The position numbers and the translations under genes are program-made. Below the pieces are notes generated by a model. It was not told where the DNA came from and made no database searches. It saw only the letters and a list, made by a program, of their open reading frames with translations. A stretch of 64,000 nucleotides of DNA from Trichodelitschia bisporula (lineage: Eukaryota), in assembly GCA_010356995.1 (NCBI GenBank), contig ML996690.1, positions 561,420-625,419 of the forward strand, in the 5' to 3' direction. The number at the start of each line of letters is the position of its first letter. Position 1 is the stretch's first letter. Positions 11,349 to 23,930 of the stretch are shown piece after piece.

Positions 11349-14300
11349 ATGCGGCGTCTCTTCTTCGGCAGCTTTTTGCTGCTTGCCAGCTTGGTGTTAG
11401 CGGACGACGACCGTACGAAATACGTCAATGTCTTGTGAGATATGCATCCGAACGAGCCTGTGCGACGTGAACTGATTGTAACAGCGCCGGAACGCAAAAT
11501 GGCGGGAACATGTTCCCCGGTGCCGTTGCAGGTATGATATCTCCACCATTCTGGATCATCGCTTACAGTTTAAGGCCCATTCGCCATGGTCAAACTCGGC
11601 CCCGATATGGCCATAGGCAAAGCTGAAGCTTACGTTGGCTTCTTACCTGACAATGAAAGCGTCATCACGGGATTCAGCATGATGCACGAATCCGGAATTG
11701 GAGGAAGTGCAAAGTATGGTGTTGTCTCTCAGCTTCCCGTGGCCGGAAATGTCGACAATCCGCTTGCTGTTACCTTCGAAAAAAGAGCCGTACCCGACCA
11801 AGGTGCCGTTGGCTACTACAAGTCGGTCCTTGCCAGCGGCATCACTGTCGAGCTTGCGGCCACCGAACATGTCGGCCTCTTTCAGTACACATTTCCACCA
11901 AACGCCAAAGCCAACGTTGTCGTGGATGTCTCCCACTTCCTTCCGTCCTTCAGGAACGCGGGATGGGCTCAAAAATACAGCGGCGGCGCCCTGTCAATAT
12001 CCCCGGACGGCCACTACGAAGGTAGCGGCACGTATTCAGGCGGCTGGAATCTCGGTGAGTTATTACCCGTTTCGTGCCAACGCCGTGCTATATCTGGGGA
12101 GATGCGTTTATTGGGACTCTGTTTGTGATCTGCAGAATATTCGCAGCCGACTCAGCCTGGCCGGCTGGCCGAGCCCTAACCCTGCATATCTCATATATCT
12201 CCTGCAGCTTCTCCACTCGTTCGCCGTGTGTGCTTAGCTAACAAATTGCAGCACCGGACTGGACAATATACTTTTGCGGCAGGTTCGACCAGAGCGTGAC
12301 CAGCGCACGAACATTTGTTGGCAAAGACAATGTCCTCAGTGAGATTGGGAAGAAGCCATCCGTCGCGAGCAAGGACCGCCTTGGTGCCGTCTTTTCCTTT
12401 GCATCGCAGAAGCCAGTTACCTCACGGGTCGGAATTTCGTTCATTTCGAGTGCTCAGGCCTGTCAGAATCTGGACCGCGAGATCCCAGCCGGGACGGCAC
12501 TGGATTCCGTAGTCAATGCGGCGAAGCGCAGGTGGAACAGCGATGTCTTTGCCAAAATTTCCACCACCGACACAAACCCCGATGCTGTTGCTCTCCTCTA
12601 CACGAGCCTCTACGGCATGCACCTGCTGCCGTCAAACCGCACGGGCGAAAATCCACTCTGGCAGTCATCGGAGCCCTACTACGATGATATCTTCACCTTT
12701 TGGGACTTGTTCCGATGTACCACACCGTTGATGCACATAATCCAACCCACCGCCTACTCCGAACTCCTCCGCTCCATAGTAGATGTCTGGCGCCACGAGG
12801 GATTTCTCCCAGACGCGCGCTCGTCAAACTTCAATGGCCGTACTCAGGGCGGCTCCAGCGCCGACAACATTCTGGCCGACGCCTACGTCAAGGGGGTAAA
12901 AGGCGGCATCAATTGGGCCGATGCCTATCAAGCTATGGTGACCGACGCTGAAAAGGTTCCTCCTCCGAATTTCGACAAGTCAGCGCCGGACTCGAGCACG
13001 CAGCAAGGCCGTGGCGCTCTCCCAGACTGGCTTCAGCTTGGCTACATTACGCCGCGGTTCACCCGGGCCGTCACACGTGCTGTTGAGTACTCGGCCAACG
13101 ACTTTGGACTGTACCAGGTTGCACTGGGGCAGGGCCGCGACGGGGATGCGCTGCGCTACCTCCGGCGCTCGCGCAACTGGCGCAACCATTGGGACGCAAA
13201 TCTCACGTCGCTAGGCACACGCGGCTTTCTGGTTCCGCGGATGGCGAACGGTTCGCTTGACGAGATCGATCCGCTCGACTGCAAAGGGTGCTACTGGCAC
13301 GAAGCGTACTATGAGGGCAAGCCTTGGGAGTACACCGTCAATGCCCATCATGATATGGCGGAATTGGTGCGTCTGGGAGGTGGGAATGCGGCATTCGAGC
13401 AGCGGCTTGACACCTTGATGGATCCCTCGAAGCGGATTTTCAACCCTGGTAACGAGCCCTCGTTCACCACGCCGTATCTGTACAACTACATTGGGAAGCA
13501 AGCCAAGAGTGTGGAGCAGTCGCGGCGTGTGGCACGGGGTGGATACAACGCTGGGAATACAGGTCTACCGGGTGCCAGCGACGCCGGAGCGATGCAGTCT
13601 TGGATACTGTGGAACATGATTGGGCTCTATCCCGTCACCGGCCAAACGACTTTTCTTATCGGCTCGCCTTGGTTCCGTAACCTCAGCATTGCGCTTGAAG
13701 GCGGCCACACCTTAACCATCACCTCTACGGCTCCAGACAACTCCACGGGCGATCCTATCTACGTACAATCCTTGACGCTCAACGGCCGCCCCTGGACCCA
13801 GAACTGGGCGACCTATACCGATCTCTTCACCACAAGTAACACCTTATCCTTTGTCCTAGGATCCAACCCGGTGGATTGGGACACGGGACCTGTTCCACCC
13901 AGCCCGGCGAGCGTGCGGAAAATGCCTGGGGACACGGGGACTTCAGGGTCGGCGTCGAGCAAATCGACGCTGGGTGTTAATATGGAGCCGACTTCCGGTG
14001 GCGTCGATCACAGAGTGCGCATGGCGGGGATTGTGGTTGGTGCGGTTGGAGGGACGCTTCTGGCGGCTGTGTTGCTGCTTGTGGGATGTTGGTGGAAGAA
14101 AGGATTCTTCGCCAAGGGGAAGGAGGTAGTCAGCGTTGGGAGCGATGTAGAGAAAGGGACCAGGCCGCGGGTTGCGACAGTCGAGGATGCGGATGATGAT
14201 GAAGAGGTTGTGCGTGTCGAGGGAGTTGAGGGGCCGGAGGGGGGTGATCCGGAGAAGGGAGAAATCATCCGCATTGAGGTAGCGCCGGTTGATGAAGAGA

Positions 14301-14365
14301 AGGTTGTGAAGGGAGTCGAGGAGGGAAAGGCTGATGGAGCCAAGGCCGAGCCGCCGAAGCTTTGA
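11349..14365 (+). CDS. Glycoside hydrolase family 92 alpha-mannosidase with signal peptide and C-terminal TM helix, spliced
   Basis: Signal peptide MRRLFFGSFLLLASLVLA; GNMFPG, PFAMVKLGPD, MHESGIGG, WDLFR, GRTQGGS, YYEG, GNEPSF, GLPGASDAGAM. Three 5' introns, the last at 12055-12251. Confidence 0.92.
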
Positions 14366-14606
14366 GTGCGTGATATTCGGCGCATTTGCCCTTGCATGAG
14401 ATACCCTGGGCGGCGTTTTTGGGATACGATTTAGAAGGGTACGCATTTGCACGATCACGGAACCTTCAGTCATGGGAATTAGAACTAGAGACTAGAGATA
14501 GATGCAGCGTTCCGCATTTTTGTGCAACGGATAGATAGCATCAGCAAGATGACTGAACGATATGATCCCAAAGACTGAGCGGAATTTCCTATTGTGCCTA
14601 CCTTCT

Positions 14607-16802
14607 CTACTCCTTCAACCGCAAATGGTACACATCCAGCTGCTCTTTAGTCACCGCATTCGGACTCCCCACCAAAGCATCCTCTCCACTATTCATCTTC
14701 GGAAAAGCAATAACATCCCTTACACTCTCCCGCCCCAGCATAACAGCAACCAGCCGATCAAACCCCAGCGCAATCCCCGCGTGCGGCGGACACCCCGTCT
14801 CAAGCACTTTAAGCAAATGCCTAAAATCCTCAATTCTCTGCGCACTCATCTGCAGCACATCCCGCATCACATACTCCTGCACCCGCGCGTCGTGAATCCG
14901 CCTACTCCCGCCCCCTAGTTCTACGCCATTGACAACAACGTCATAATGCTCAGCCACCACAGCCGCAGGGTCTGAAACAAGCAGCTCAACATCGGCCGGC
15001 GTCTTCGGCGCGGTGAAGGGGTGGTGCGTTGCGCGTAGCCCCGCCGCGCCTTGCTGACCTGGCTCCGCGTCTCCGTCGGCTACGGGCTCGAACAGGGGGA
15101 AGTCGGTTATCCATGCGAATTCGAAGCCTTGGGGCGGGGGGAGGAGGTCCGTGGCCACGGCGGCGGCGTGCAGCGCGAGACGCAGGCGGCCGGCGGATGT
15201 GGAGCCGCCGTGGTACGGGCCCGCGGGGGCGGCTTGCAGAAAGATGACGTCACCGTCGGATGGGGCGAGGACGTCTTCGACGAAGTCGGCGGTTTGGAAG
15301 CCGAAGGGGCTGAGGCCGGAGAGGGGGCGGGTGGAGTCGTAGATGAAGATGCCGGGTTGGCCGTGGGGGTTGGTGAGGAAGGGATGCCCGACAGGGGAGT
15401 CCATGAAGGTGGAGATGAAGGTGCGGGATTCGGAGGGGGTGCACGTGGTTGAGAGGGGGAGTTTGAAGGCAGATATGTTTGGGAGGGTAAAGGGGGTGAT
15501 TTTGCTGACGAGGTCGACTGGGAGGAGCTCGGATAGGTTGATCATCTATGGGGTCAGTTTGGTTTGTGCGGTTCACGGGCTGCGTACCTCCATTCCGAGG
15601 CGTAGGTCTGGCTTGTCTGAGCCGTACTTCGCCATGGCGTTGTGATATGTGATGCGCTGAAAGGGTGCCGGTACATCGATATTAAGCAGCCCCTTCCACA
15701 GACGGGCCAGAAGACGCTCAATGCACTCCATAACCTGCTCACCGGTGGCAAAGGACATCTCCAAATCCACCTGCGTAAACTCCGGCTGGCGATCCGCCCT
15801 CAAATCTTCATCTCTAAAGCAGCGCGCCAGCTGGAAGTACTTCGGGATCCCGCTCGCCATTAGGATCTGCTTGTACTGCTGGGGGCTTTGGGGCAGCGCG
15901 TACACGAGGCCCTTCTGCCGCGTAGGAACGAGAAACTCTCGCGCTCCTTCCGGTGTCGATTTGAACAGCTGAGGCGTCTCAATCTCTAGGAACCCGTCAC
16001 TGCGCAGCTCGTCGCGGCAAATGTCAGCGGCGCGGGCGCGGAAGGCGAGGGCATCGCGGAGGGCCTTTGTGTTTCGGAACTGGAGATGGCGTTGCTCGGG
16101 AGGGAAGTTGGTATCGTCCGTCAGCATAAGATCCTTGGGGAAGCTGTTGAGGGGCGTCACATCCACGAGTTCGACCTCCAGGTCGTTGATACGCTCCTCC
16201 TCACGGGGGTACTTAGTTTTGGACGGTTCGCGCGGCTTGATGATACCTCGAATGACGACGGGAGTATGCTGGGTGAGGCTTTTCAGGTCCTTAAAGCATT
16301 TCTTGAGATTGCCATCGTCGCCTGTGGCCGGGGAGACGATCTGGATGGCATGGAGGAAGTCCTTGCTAAAGAAGGTCACAAAGCTGAGTTTCTTGGACAG
16401 GTCTTTTCGGGGACCAAGATACCCGTGGAGAACAACCACAGCTCCTACATCTTTGGCCGAAAGGCTACCTATTTCATGGGTAGCCGGAGGAAAGCCACCT
16501 GTTCATCGTTAGTCTTTCAGTCTTCCCAGTTTGCCTGGAGATTGCATACATGATTGTTTGTACGCTTCGAGAAAGTCAGGCACAGCCGCAAGCCCTTCGC
16601 GCTTTAGGCGGTTATCTGAGAACGGACGACGGGATCCAACATTCAACCGCTGATGCCAATTACATCTCAATATTTGACTGGAAGCTGTGTTGAATTGGCA
16701 ATTGGCTCGGATATACCGCGATACTTCAGCATAGGACCTCCAGAGCGCAATGTTCTGCCGAACCAGTCTCCGAGGAGCCAAATTGGCCAGCATGAGACTC
16801 AT
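14607..16802 (-). CDS. MSD1: Mitochondrial aspartyl-tRNA synthetase, spliced
   Basis: STPEGAREFLVP, LPQSPQQYKQ, CFRDEDLRADRQPEFTQ (motif 2), HHPFTAP, ELGGGSRRIH, GCPPHAGIALGFDR (motif 3); Arg-rich presequence. Confidence 0.95.
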
Positions 16803-18266
16803 TTGGGTGCTGATTTGTCTGGTTTTGTTCGCAAGCTTCAGTGCCTACGCCCCTTGAAGCATGTGATGGGGCCACAAATCCTCTGCTGACCCAAGAGAGG
16901 TCTGTATTGATTTCCTTAACCAGCGAGATGAACGGAGAGCAGCAACTTTTTTTTTGGAATGTGGTCGGGAGGTTGTAAGGCAATGAAGGCGGCAAGGCGT
17001 CAAAAACGACAAGGATCAACAGCATGGAATGTTCGTCGACTTGGCAAATGTCAAGCGGAAAATCAATATTCCGGAGCTCGCAAGATTTTCGAGTGTATAT
17101 AAACACCGCCTCACCCGGACCCGACCTTTCTAGATTATCCTTCCCCTCAATGCATGTACGAACCCCGCACTTCAACAGATTGACACAAAAGCTGACAAGC
17201 TGCAGATGATGAAAGCCTAGTGTGTACCCGATGAGCTGTCCTCCAGACCGACCTGTAGCTCTCCCTTAACCGGGCTTAAGTGGCTTATGGAAGGCCTGGA
17301 GGCAGCATGATATCGGCGTCCGGCACACCCTCCTTGTTACAACACGGACGCGATGATGGCAACTCTGATCCTGAAAGGGAAGGTGTCCTTTTGTTTATAT
17401 ACTTCGGCGGGAGCATTTGGCTCGGTGAAATGGATGGATGATATATGGTTAGTGGAAATCAATCATATTTCGTGACATTTCGAGTGCGGTATTGTGGTGC
17501 AGTGATCCTCGCCGACAACTCATGGAAACCTGGATGTGCTCCATTCCAGGCTTTCCAACACGCGGCGATAGATTGACGGCGGCGTCAATAGTCTGGCTTC
17601 CTGCATGGTAGAAGCAGGGCGCAACAACGCCGCTACATGAGTCTGCCTGGTACGAAGAGCTCTTCCGTAGGAACCAAGAGTTGTTCAAACACTGGTTCAA
17701 AGTCCGTATTGGCATGCGATATCTGTTTGAGAGAGGCCTCGGGCGCAAGAGTGGGAAGTCAATGTCGGAGTGCTACTCGCGGCTTGCAAATGGTCGTGCA
17801 AACCCAGTACGGAGAGAGAGCAAGCCCATCGCATGTCGCAAGTTGAGGTATCTCCAGACGGATAGTTAATAGTGCGGACAGGCGAATACATTCATAGACT
17901 TGATATACATATACGAGACAGCACGTGTGCTGCAGCTTCGCGGACACCCCCAGTCGTCCTGGGCTTTCCCTCATCCTTGGCGATGCCTGGCGGGCCGATC
18001 GTCATCGGGAGAGCGCTTTGAGCGGAGAACCACGCCGGCCGATATAGTCTCAACCCCATTGCACTGCATCGCCATCACCGCCTCTCTACAGCTGCGTTAC
18101 TTATTCCTGACTGCCGCTCTCTTATCGATACAAGCCCCTCCGCGTCCCGTAAGCATTACCATGGCCTGAACCTCTCGGACTCTCTCCTCAACATCTCCCC
18201 CAACACCGCGCGCTCTCCGAGTCCAGCTCCCCCTTCAACACTCCGCACTCTTTCCTCATGCCTCCG

Positions 18267-20747
18267 ATGGCGAGCTCCTTCGAGAAGTCCGTCAAGGGCG
18301 GCACCAAACAAAAAGTCAGTCTCCTCTAGAAGCTGAAACCGGCGTCTCTCCCCACCCCTCTCTTCTCCGCCAGCGGCTGATGTGTTGTCCAGCTCGCCCC
18401 GCCGAAGTCTAAATACGTCGAGCACATCCTCATAGCCACACACGCCGGTGATGCTGGCGTCGCAGAGATATTTCGTGCGCTGCAAAATCGCCTCCGCGAC
18501 TCGACATGGACCATCGTCTTCAAGTCGCTCATTATAATCCACCTGATGATACGGGAGGGCGAGCCGGACGTTACGCTCAAGTTCCTCTCCGGCTCTCCGC
18601 AGCGCAAATTGGCCATCAATAATTTCACCGAAGGTACGTTCCTTTGCTTTCCTACCACATAACAGGAGGGCTGCTGGCGCGACGCAGTGGAGGCCGGGTT
18701 TGGGGAGCCAACCGGACGGTGCCACGGAGTCGCGCTCTGCTGTCGTCGACGCTACGCGCCGCTGCGGACAACTCTTAAAATCCCGGTTGTGCATATATCC
18801 CGGTATTCCTGTTGCCTCTGTAGTGGCCGGCTTGGTACCTGGGCCGCTGAGCGCTGCTGGTTATGTACTGACAGACTGGACACTAGTGCAGACACAGGGT
18901 CGTAATATCCGCTGCTACGCAGAGTACCTCCTCCAGCGCGCTGTTTCATTTGGGGCTACAAAGGTGGACTATGTACGCCATGGCGAGGGGCGCCTGAAGC
19001 GGTTGACCGTAGAGAGAGGCCTCCTTCGGGAGACCGAGAGCGTCCAGGAACAGATTCGCGCGCTCGTCCGGTGTGATGTAAGTCTGGACCGGTGCTGTAT
19101 TCGTACCTGAGTACTTGCTCACACACCCTCTCCGCAGTTTTTCACGCATGAGCCGGAGAACGAGATCACTCTTATGGCATTTAGACTTCTCACCATGGAC
19201 CTTCTTGTACTCTTCCACGTGATGAACGAGGGGACGATCAACGTCTTGGGTAAATTCGTCCGTACGCTTTCGTATTCTGCCGCTGATTGCCTTCAGAGCA
19301 TTTCTTCGAGATGTCCAAGCCTGATGCCGAACGCGCACTCAAAATCTACCGCACCTTTGTCAAGCAGACTGACCAGGTGGTTCAGTATCTTTCCATTGCC
19401 CGCCACTACGAACACGCCACACGGCTCGAGATCCCAAAGATAAAACATGCCCCGACGAGTCTGGCGGGCTCTCTCGACGAGTACGTCAAGGATCCGGAGT
19501 TCGATAGCAACCGCCGACAGTACCTTGCGCAGCAGACCGCGAAGAAGGGTGCGAAGCCGACTAATGGCGCCACTCCCGCTAAGCCGGACCGCTTCAACTC
19601 GCCGTCCAAGAAGCCCGCGCAGACTGTGCAGGCTGCACCGCCTAAGGCCGAGTCTAAAGGACCCGCTCCTGATCTCATCGATCTGTTCGAGTCCATTGAG
19701 CAGAACCAGCAGCCCATGGCCCAGAATGTGTTCAACGGGTCACAGTACGGCCCTGGCGTTGCGCCGCAACAGACTGGTTTCGAGCAACCTAACTTTGCGA
19801 TGCAAAATACCGGCGCGCCACAAGGCTTCGGTGGGCAGAACGGACAGGGATCGAATCCCTTCGCGCAGTTGCAACAACAGCAGCAACAGCAGTTCCTGCA
19901 ACAGCAACAGCTTCAACAGCAGCAGCAGCAGCAACCACAAGGCCAACAGATGCAACCCAATTTCACCGGCGCGGGATTCGGAGGGTACTCACCTGCTCCG
20001 CAAAACCGCTTCACGCCAGCCCTGTCGAGCATACCGCAGTCCAACGTGGCGGCACCCTTCTCGCTGCAAACACAACAATCCTTCAACACTGGTTCCTCGG
20101 ATCCGGCCTCGGCACAGTCCACGAACCCGTTCCGACAGTCCATGCTGCCGAGCGCAACGGGAACGTCCACAAGCTCATTCGCATCAGCGCCCACGGGACT
20201 CAGCCGCCAGTCCACGAACCCCTTCGCCAAACAGTCCTCCCCTCAAACTCCGCCGACATCTAACTCGCCCTTCTCGCCGTCTCAGTCCTCTCCCTACTCT
20301 CAACCACCGCCACAACAACAACCGCAGTTCTCCCAGCAGCAGCCCTCCTTCCAACAACCCCAATTCACCTCTCAGCCGCAGTCCTTCCAGCAGCAACAAC
20401 CATCCTTCTCGCAACCCCCGCCCCAGCCTATGGTGCCGGCCCAGACAGGCACTAATCCCTTCGCCCGTAGTGTCGCACCACCCACGTCGTCCGCCTTCGC
20501 TCCCGCACCTGCTCTCTCCGCGACGCCAACTGGCAGCACGAATCCCTTCCGGCAGAGCACCTTTGTGAACCAGCAAACGGGTCAGGGGTGGCAGGCCGGT
20601 CCGCAAGGCACAATTGGCGGGTACGCCAGTGAGCAGATTCCGACGCTGCCGATCTTCCCGCGGCCTGGGCAGCCCCAGGGCCAGCAGCAGCAGCAGCAAA
20701 ACCAACAACAGCAGCAGCAAAACCAACAGCAGCAGCAGGGGTGGTAG
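18267..20747 (+). CDS. YAP1801: ANTH-domain clathrin adaptor AP180/CALM (Yap1801/1802-like), spliced
   Basis: MASSFEKSVKGGTK..LAPPKSKYVEHIL, WTIVFKSLIIIHLMIREG, EHFFEMSKPDAERAL; DLIDLF clathrin-box-like motif, five NPF motifs, Q-rich tail. Confidence 0.92.
19871..19935 (+). repeat. CAG/CAA poly-Gln tract in AP180 (a second tract lies at about 20682-20738)
   Basis: Imperfect (CAR)n runs encoding QQQQQQQFLQQQQLQQQQQQQ. Confidence 0.85.
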
Positions 20748-23232
20748 ATGGCTGCTGTTGTGCGTGTCTGTGGTGCTAGACTTGTGTGCTTTCTTTGAGT
20801 CCTTTCGTATTCTTATTCTGACGGCAATTGCAGCACGCACGGGTTAGATCTCACTTTGTAGCGCAGCGAGTTCTGTTTTCGGTACTGGACGGGAAAGATG
20901 GGGGGATTGTAGGTATCTTCGCGGCATGCGAGGAATAGGGATGAATAGGGGAACGGAGAGGGCTCAATACATATCCTTTGCCTTGTTTATTGTGGACTGA
21001 ACTGGAGCAGAGATGTCAGCATGGTGGTTATGCGATTTTCCTGAGTGATCGTGTTGTTTTGTGTCTATTGCTTTGATTCTAATCCGGTGGCTGGGTTCGG
21101 TAGCTGGCTCGTCGGCCACTGGGGAAAGGACTGGGGAAAGTTGTCGGGCTCTGTGGAGGATGTACGTTACTTGCTGTGGAGTGTAGGGCGCGGATTATGC
21201 GCACTGCTACCACAGCCGCCGTCGCGTCGGGGCGATGGTTACCATAGCTTAGAGGGGAATCTATTAGTTGAGGAGGTGCAGCGAATCATGGTCCCTGGAT
21301 TACCAGAATTGTCTTTCTCACTCGAGAGCTCAGCCTATCGTCTTATTATCTGCATCGGGCTCTTTCTGGATAAGGGGAGAGGTGGAAATGTTCCAATTGT
21401 CTGCAAACAGGATCTGCGCATGGATTAGGGATTGGACGCGAGCGTACCACAAGTACTGTGGTACGCGGCCAGCTCAACTTCTCCGCTATCGCAGGGCGTA
21501 TGTAGGCCAGATACTGTACTTGCTCAGGTACGCGCGACGACGTGTGCACGCATTGCAGCGCAGCACGGGCGCGGCGCAGCGCAGCGTGCCGGACCGTCAA
21601 GGCACAGCACTGGGGCGTTGATTGCGGCCGGACGATATCCGCCTATCGCTGCAGAATTTACTGTACGTTGTGCTGCAGCACGGCTGCAGTGCGGTCGAGA
21701 CGTGGTCAACGCGGGCACGCCCGACGTCGGAGGGAAAGGCGCGAGGCTGTGGGCTGGGGGGCAGGCTTGGCTGGGCGGTTTGAAGTGGGGATTGGTTGGG
21801 AGGGGAATTGAGCATTTTGCGTGCTGGTGAGCGATGGTATTGCTGATCGTTTTGTTTGTTGTGCGGCAGAGTTTGGGTCGGAGATGAGCGCGGTTGAATA
21901 TCGGCTGAGGAGATGTGGGGCACTGTGCGTTAGGTCGTTCTCCGTGCCGAAAGTTTGGCGCCGATGTTCGGGAGGTCACCTGGACAACGACAACGCGCGA
22001 TGTCACGATGCAACGAACAATTTTATGCCCGCGTCGGCATTTCAGCATGGGGGGTTGTTTACTGGGTACTGTAGGATGACTACGAGGATGAGGAGCGATA
22101 TCTCCCCGCCTTCCCGGATATGGAACACCGGAGCTAGGATTCGACATGTACAAGAACAAACTCGGCATCCCGATGGGACAACGGCTTCGGGACCGAGGAA
22201 TACACTTGCCACGGACGAAATTGCGAATCGAAATTTGCCTCCCTGCCGCCCCCCACCTCACACAATCGACAAAAGCGTCCTCCGAGTCTCTTGTTCCGCT
22301 CCGCCGGAAGGAGCGTCGAGCCGGCTTGGGTATCAGAGCATAGAAGACAAGGACGACCATAAAAAAGAAAAAGAACGCGCGCCCACACCCGCAATCGCAT
22401 GCAGCAGGTTCCCCGTTTGTCCTAATCGTCCTCCGAATCGTCGAGTCCAGCAGAGTACAATTAGACACTAGAATTTACAGCAATGCGCCCATGTAGTAAG
22501 GGGGGAGGCAAAAGTTTGGGGGGGGGGGGATATCGATGACATCGGCTCTTCCTTTCCTTTCATGGTGACATCAATTCGTTCAAACACCCCAGACGAGAGA
22601 AACACAAAACGCCCCCCGGATCTTGACAAGGAAAAGGCTGCTGGAACATCGACGCGGTTTATAAGAAAGCGAAAGCGAGACACCCGGCACCCGAACCCGG
22701 TGCACCTAAAAGTCCTCGGGAACCGGCGCAGGGTACTCCCTCTCTCCCCCTCCTCCATCATCCCCGGATGGAGAAAGACTCGCTGAGAGGGGAACAAAGC
22801 AAGCGAAAGATAAAGCCACAAAGCGGATGTTGGTAGAAGAAGCGAAGTTGTCTCAAGGTTTGTGTGTTCGGTGGGCCGGTGTCGTTGCTCTTCCTCGGGG
22901 CGGCCAGCATGCAGACAAGAATCCAGGTCCGCCATGACCAGCACCCCTCCTCACCCCCACCACGTCCGCACAAGTGCAAACGCTCCCCGTCGCGCGCACG
23001 CGCCGCGACACCCACTTTCGCGAAAAAGCCGCCTGGGCTCCGGCCCTCCCTCGTCCCCGGCGAAGCGGCCATGATCCCGACCCCATCCCGTCCCCATCGT
23101 CCCAGCTCCTGCTGTCATCCCCCCCCCCCCCCCCCAAACCCCGTCCCCATCGTAACCACCCCCCCTATCCCACCATCATCCCTCATAACACATCACCCTC
23201 GGCCCCCAACCCCAGCGTCCTCCCCAGGACGC

Positions 23233-23930
23233 TTACATCAACCCCATGACGCCCGCAACGCCGACAAGCGCTGCAGCGCCATAGCCCACCCTAGCCATAG
23301 GATCGGCCGCACCGGTGAAAGTCGACTTCGTCGGCGTGGGGGCAGCGTAGGTGCCCGTGGCGGTGGGCGCGTAGGCAGCCGTGTCGTTGGTGTTATACAC
23401 CTTGGTGACGGACGCGGTCTTGTTGCCGGAGACAGCCTTGCCGGTGGCGAGCGGCGCCTTGAAGCTGTTCGTGAGCGAGAAGCCGTTGTTGGCGGCGCAG
23501 GTCTTGGGGTCCTGGCCCTGGATAGGGGTTAGCGAGGGCACATATGATGGGATGGGGGATACGAACCTCGGGGCAGCAGAACGGCGACAGGAAGCAGAAG
23601 GAGCCGGACGGGCAGGCCCACTCGCTCTCGCAGCACGTCTGGCCCAGGTCTGGGTTGTAGCAGAGACGGTTGCGGCTGGGGGTGATTTCGCGGCCTAAGG
23701 ATTGATATTAGTTATGCGACCGGGGACTCGGGGGGAATATGCGACTAACAGGTTATGTAACCGGTGCCAAAGGCCTCCGCGCAGGTATCGCCCTGAGCAG
23801 TGTGCGTCGTGGGCACAAACTTCTCGTCGCGCTTGGCGAGGCCGTGAGCGTCGGCATGGCGCTCATTGAGCGAAGACCCGAGCGCAGAGGCGAAGAAAAG
23901 AGCACTGATAAAGAGCGTTTTGGACAGCAT
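23233..23930 (-). CDS. Small Cys-rich secreted, probably GPI-anchored cell-surface protein (CRoW/Prp4-like), three exons
   Basis: Signal peptide MLSKTLFISALFFASALG, Kex2 site LAKR, Cys domain CAEAFGTGYITC..RLCYNPDLGQTCCESEWACPSGSFC..CCPEGQDPKTCA, Thr-rich stalk, FTGAA plus hydrophobic C-terminus. Confidence 0.82.

Noticed and set aside
12174..12183. CCCTAACCCT telomere-like or telomerase-template-like motif
   Set aside because: Under two repeat units, inside a 197-nt intron, and explained by a branch-point-like CTAAC.
14350..14365. GH92 C-terminal -PKL as a PTS1
   Set aside because: The protein has a signal peptide and TM helix, which is incompatible with peroxisomal matrix import.
17206..17375. 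TGATGA...CTGA possible C/D snoRNA
   Set aside because: No convincing terminal stem or rRNA-complementary guide that I could identify.
21524..22471. 314-aa and 216-aa ORFs in the AP180 to GPI-gene spacer
   Set aside because: Arg/Pro/Cys-rich, motif-free translations typical of GC-rich non-coding DNA; no splice or codon support.
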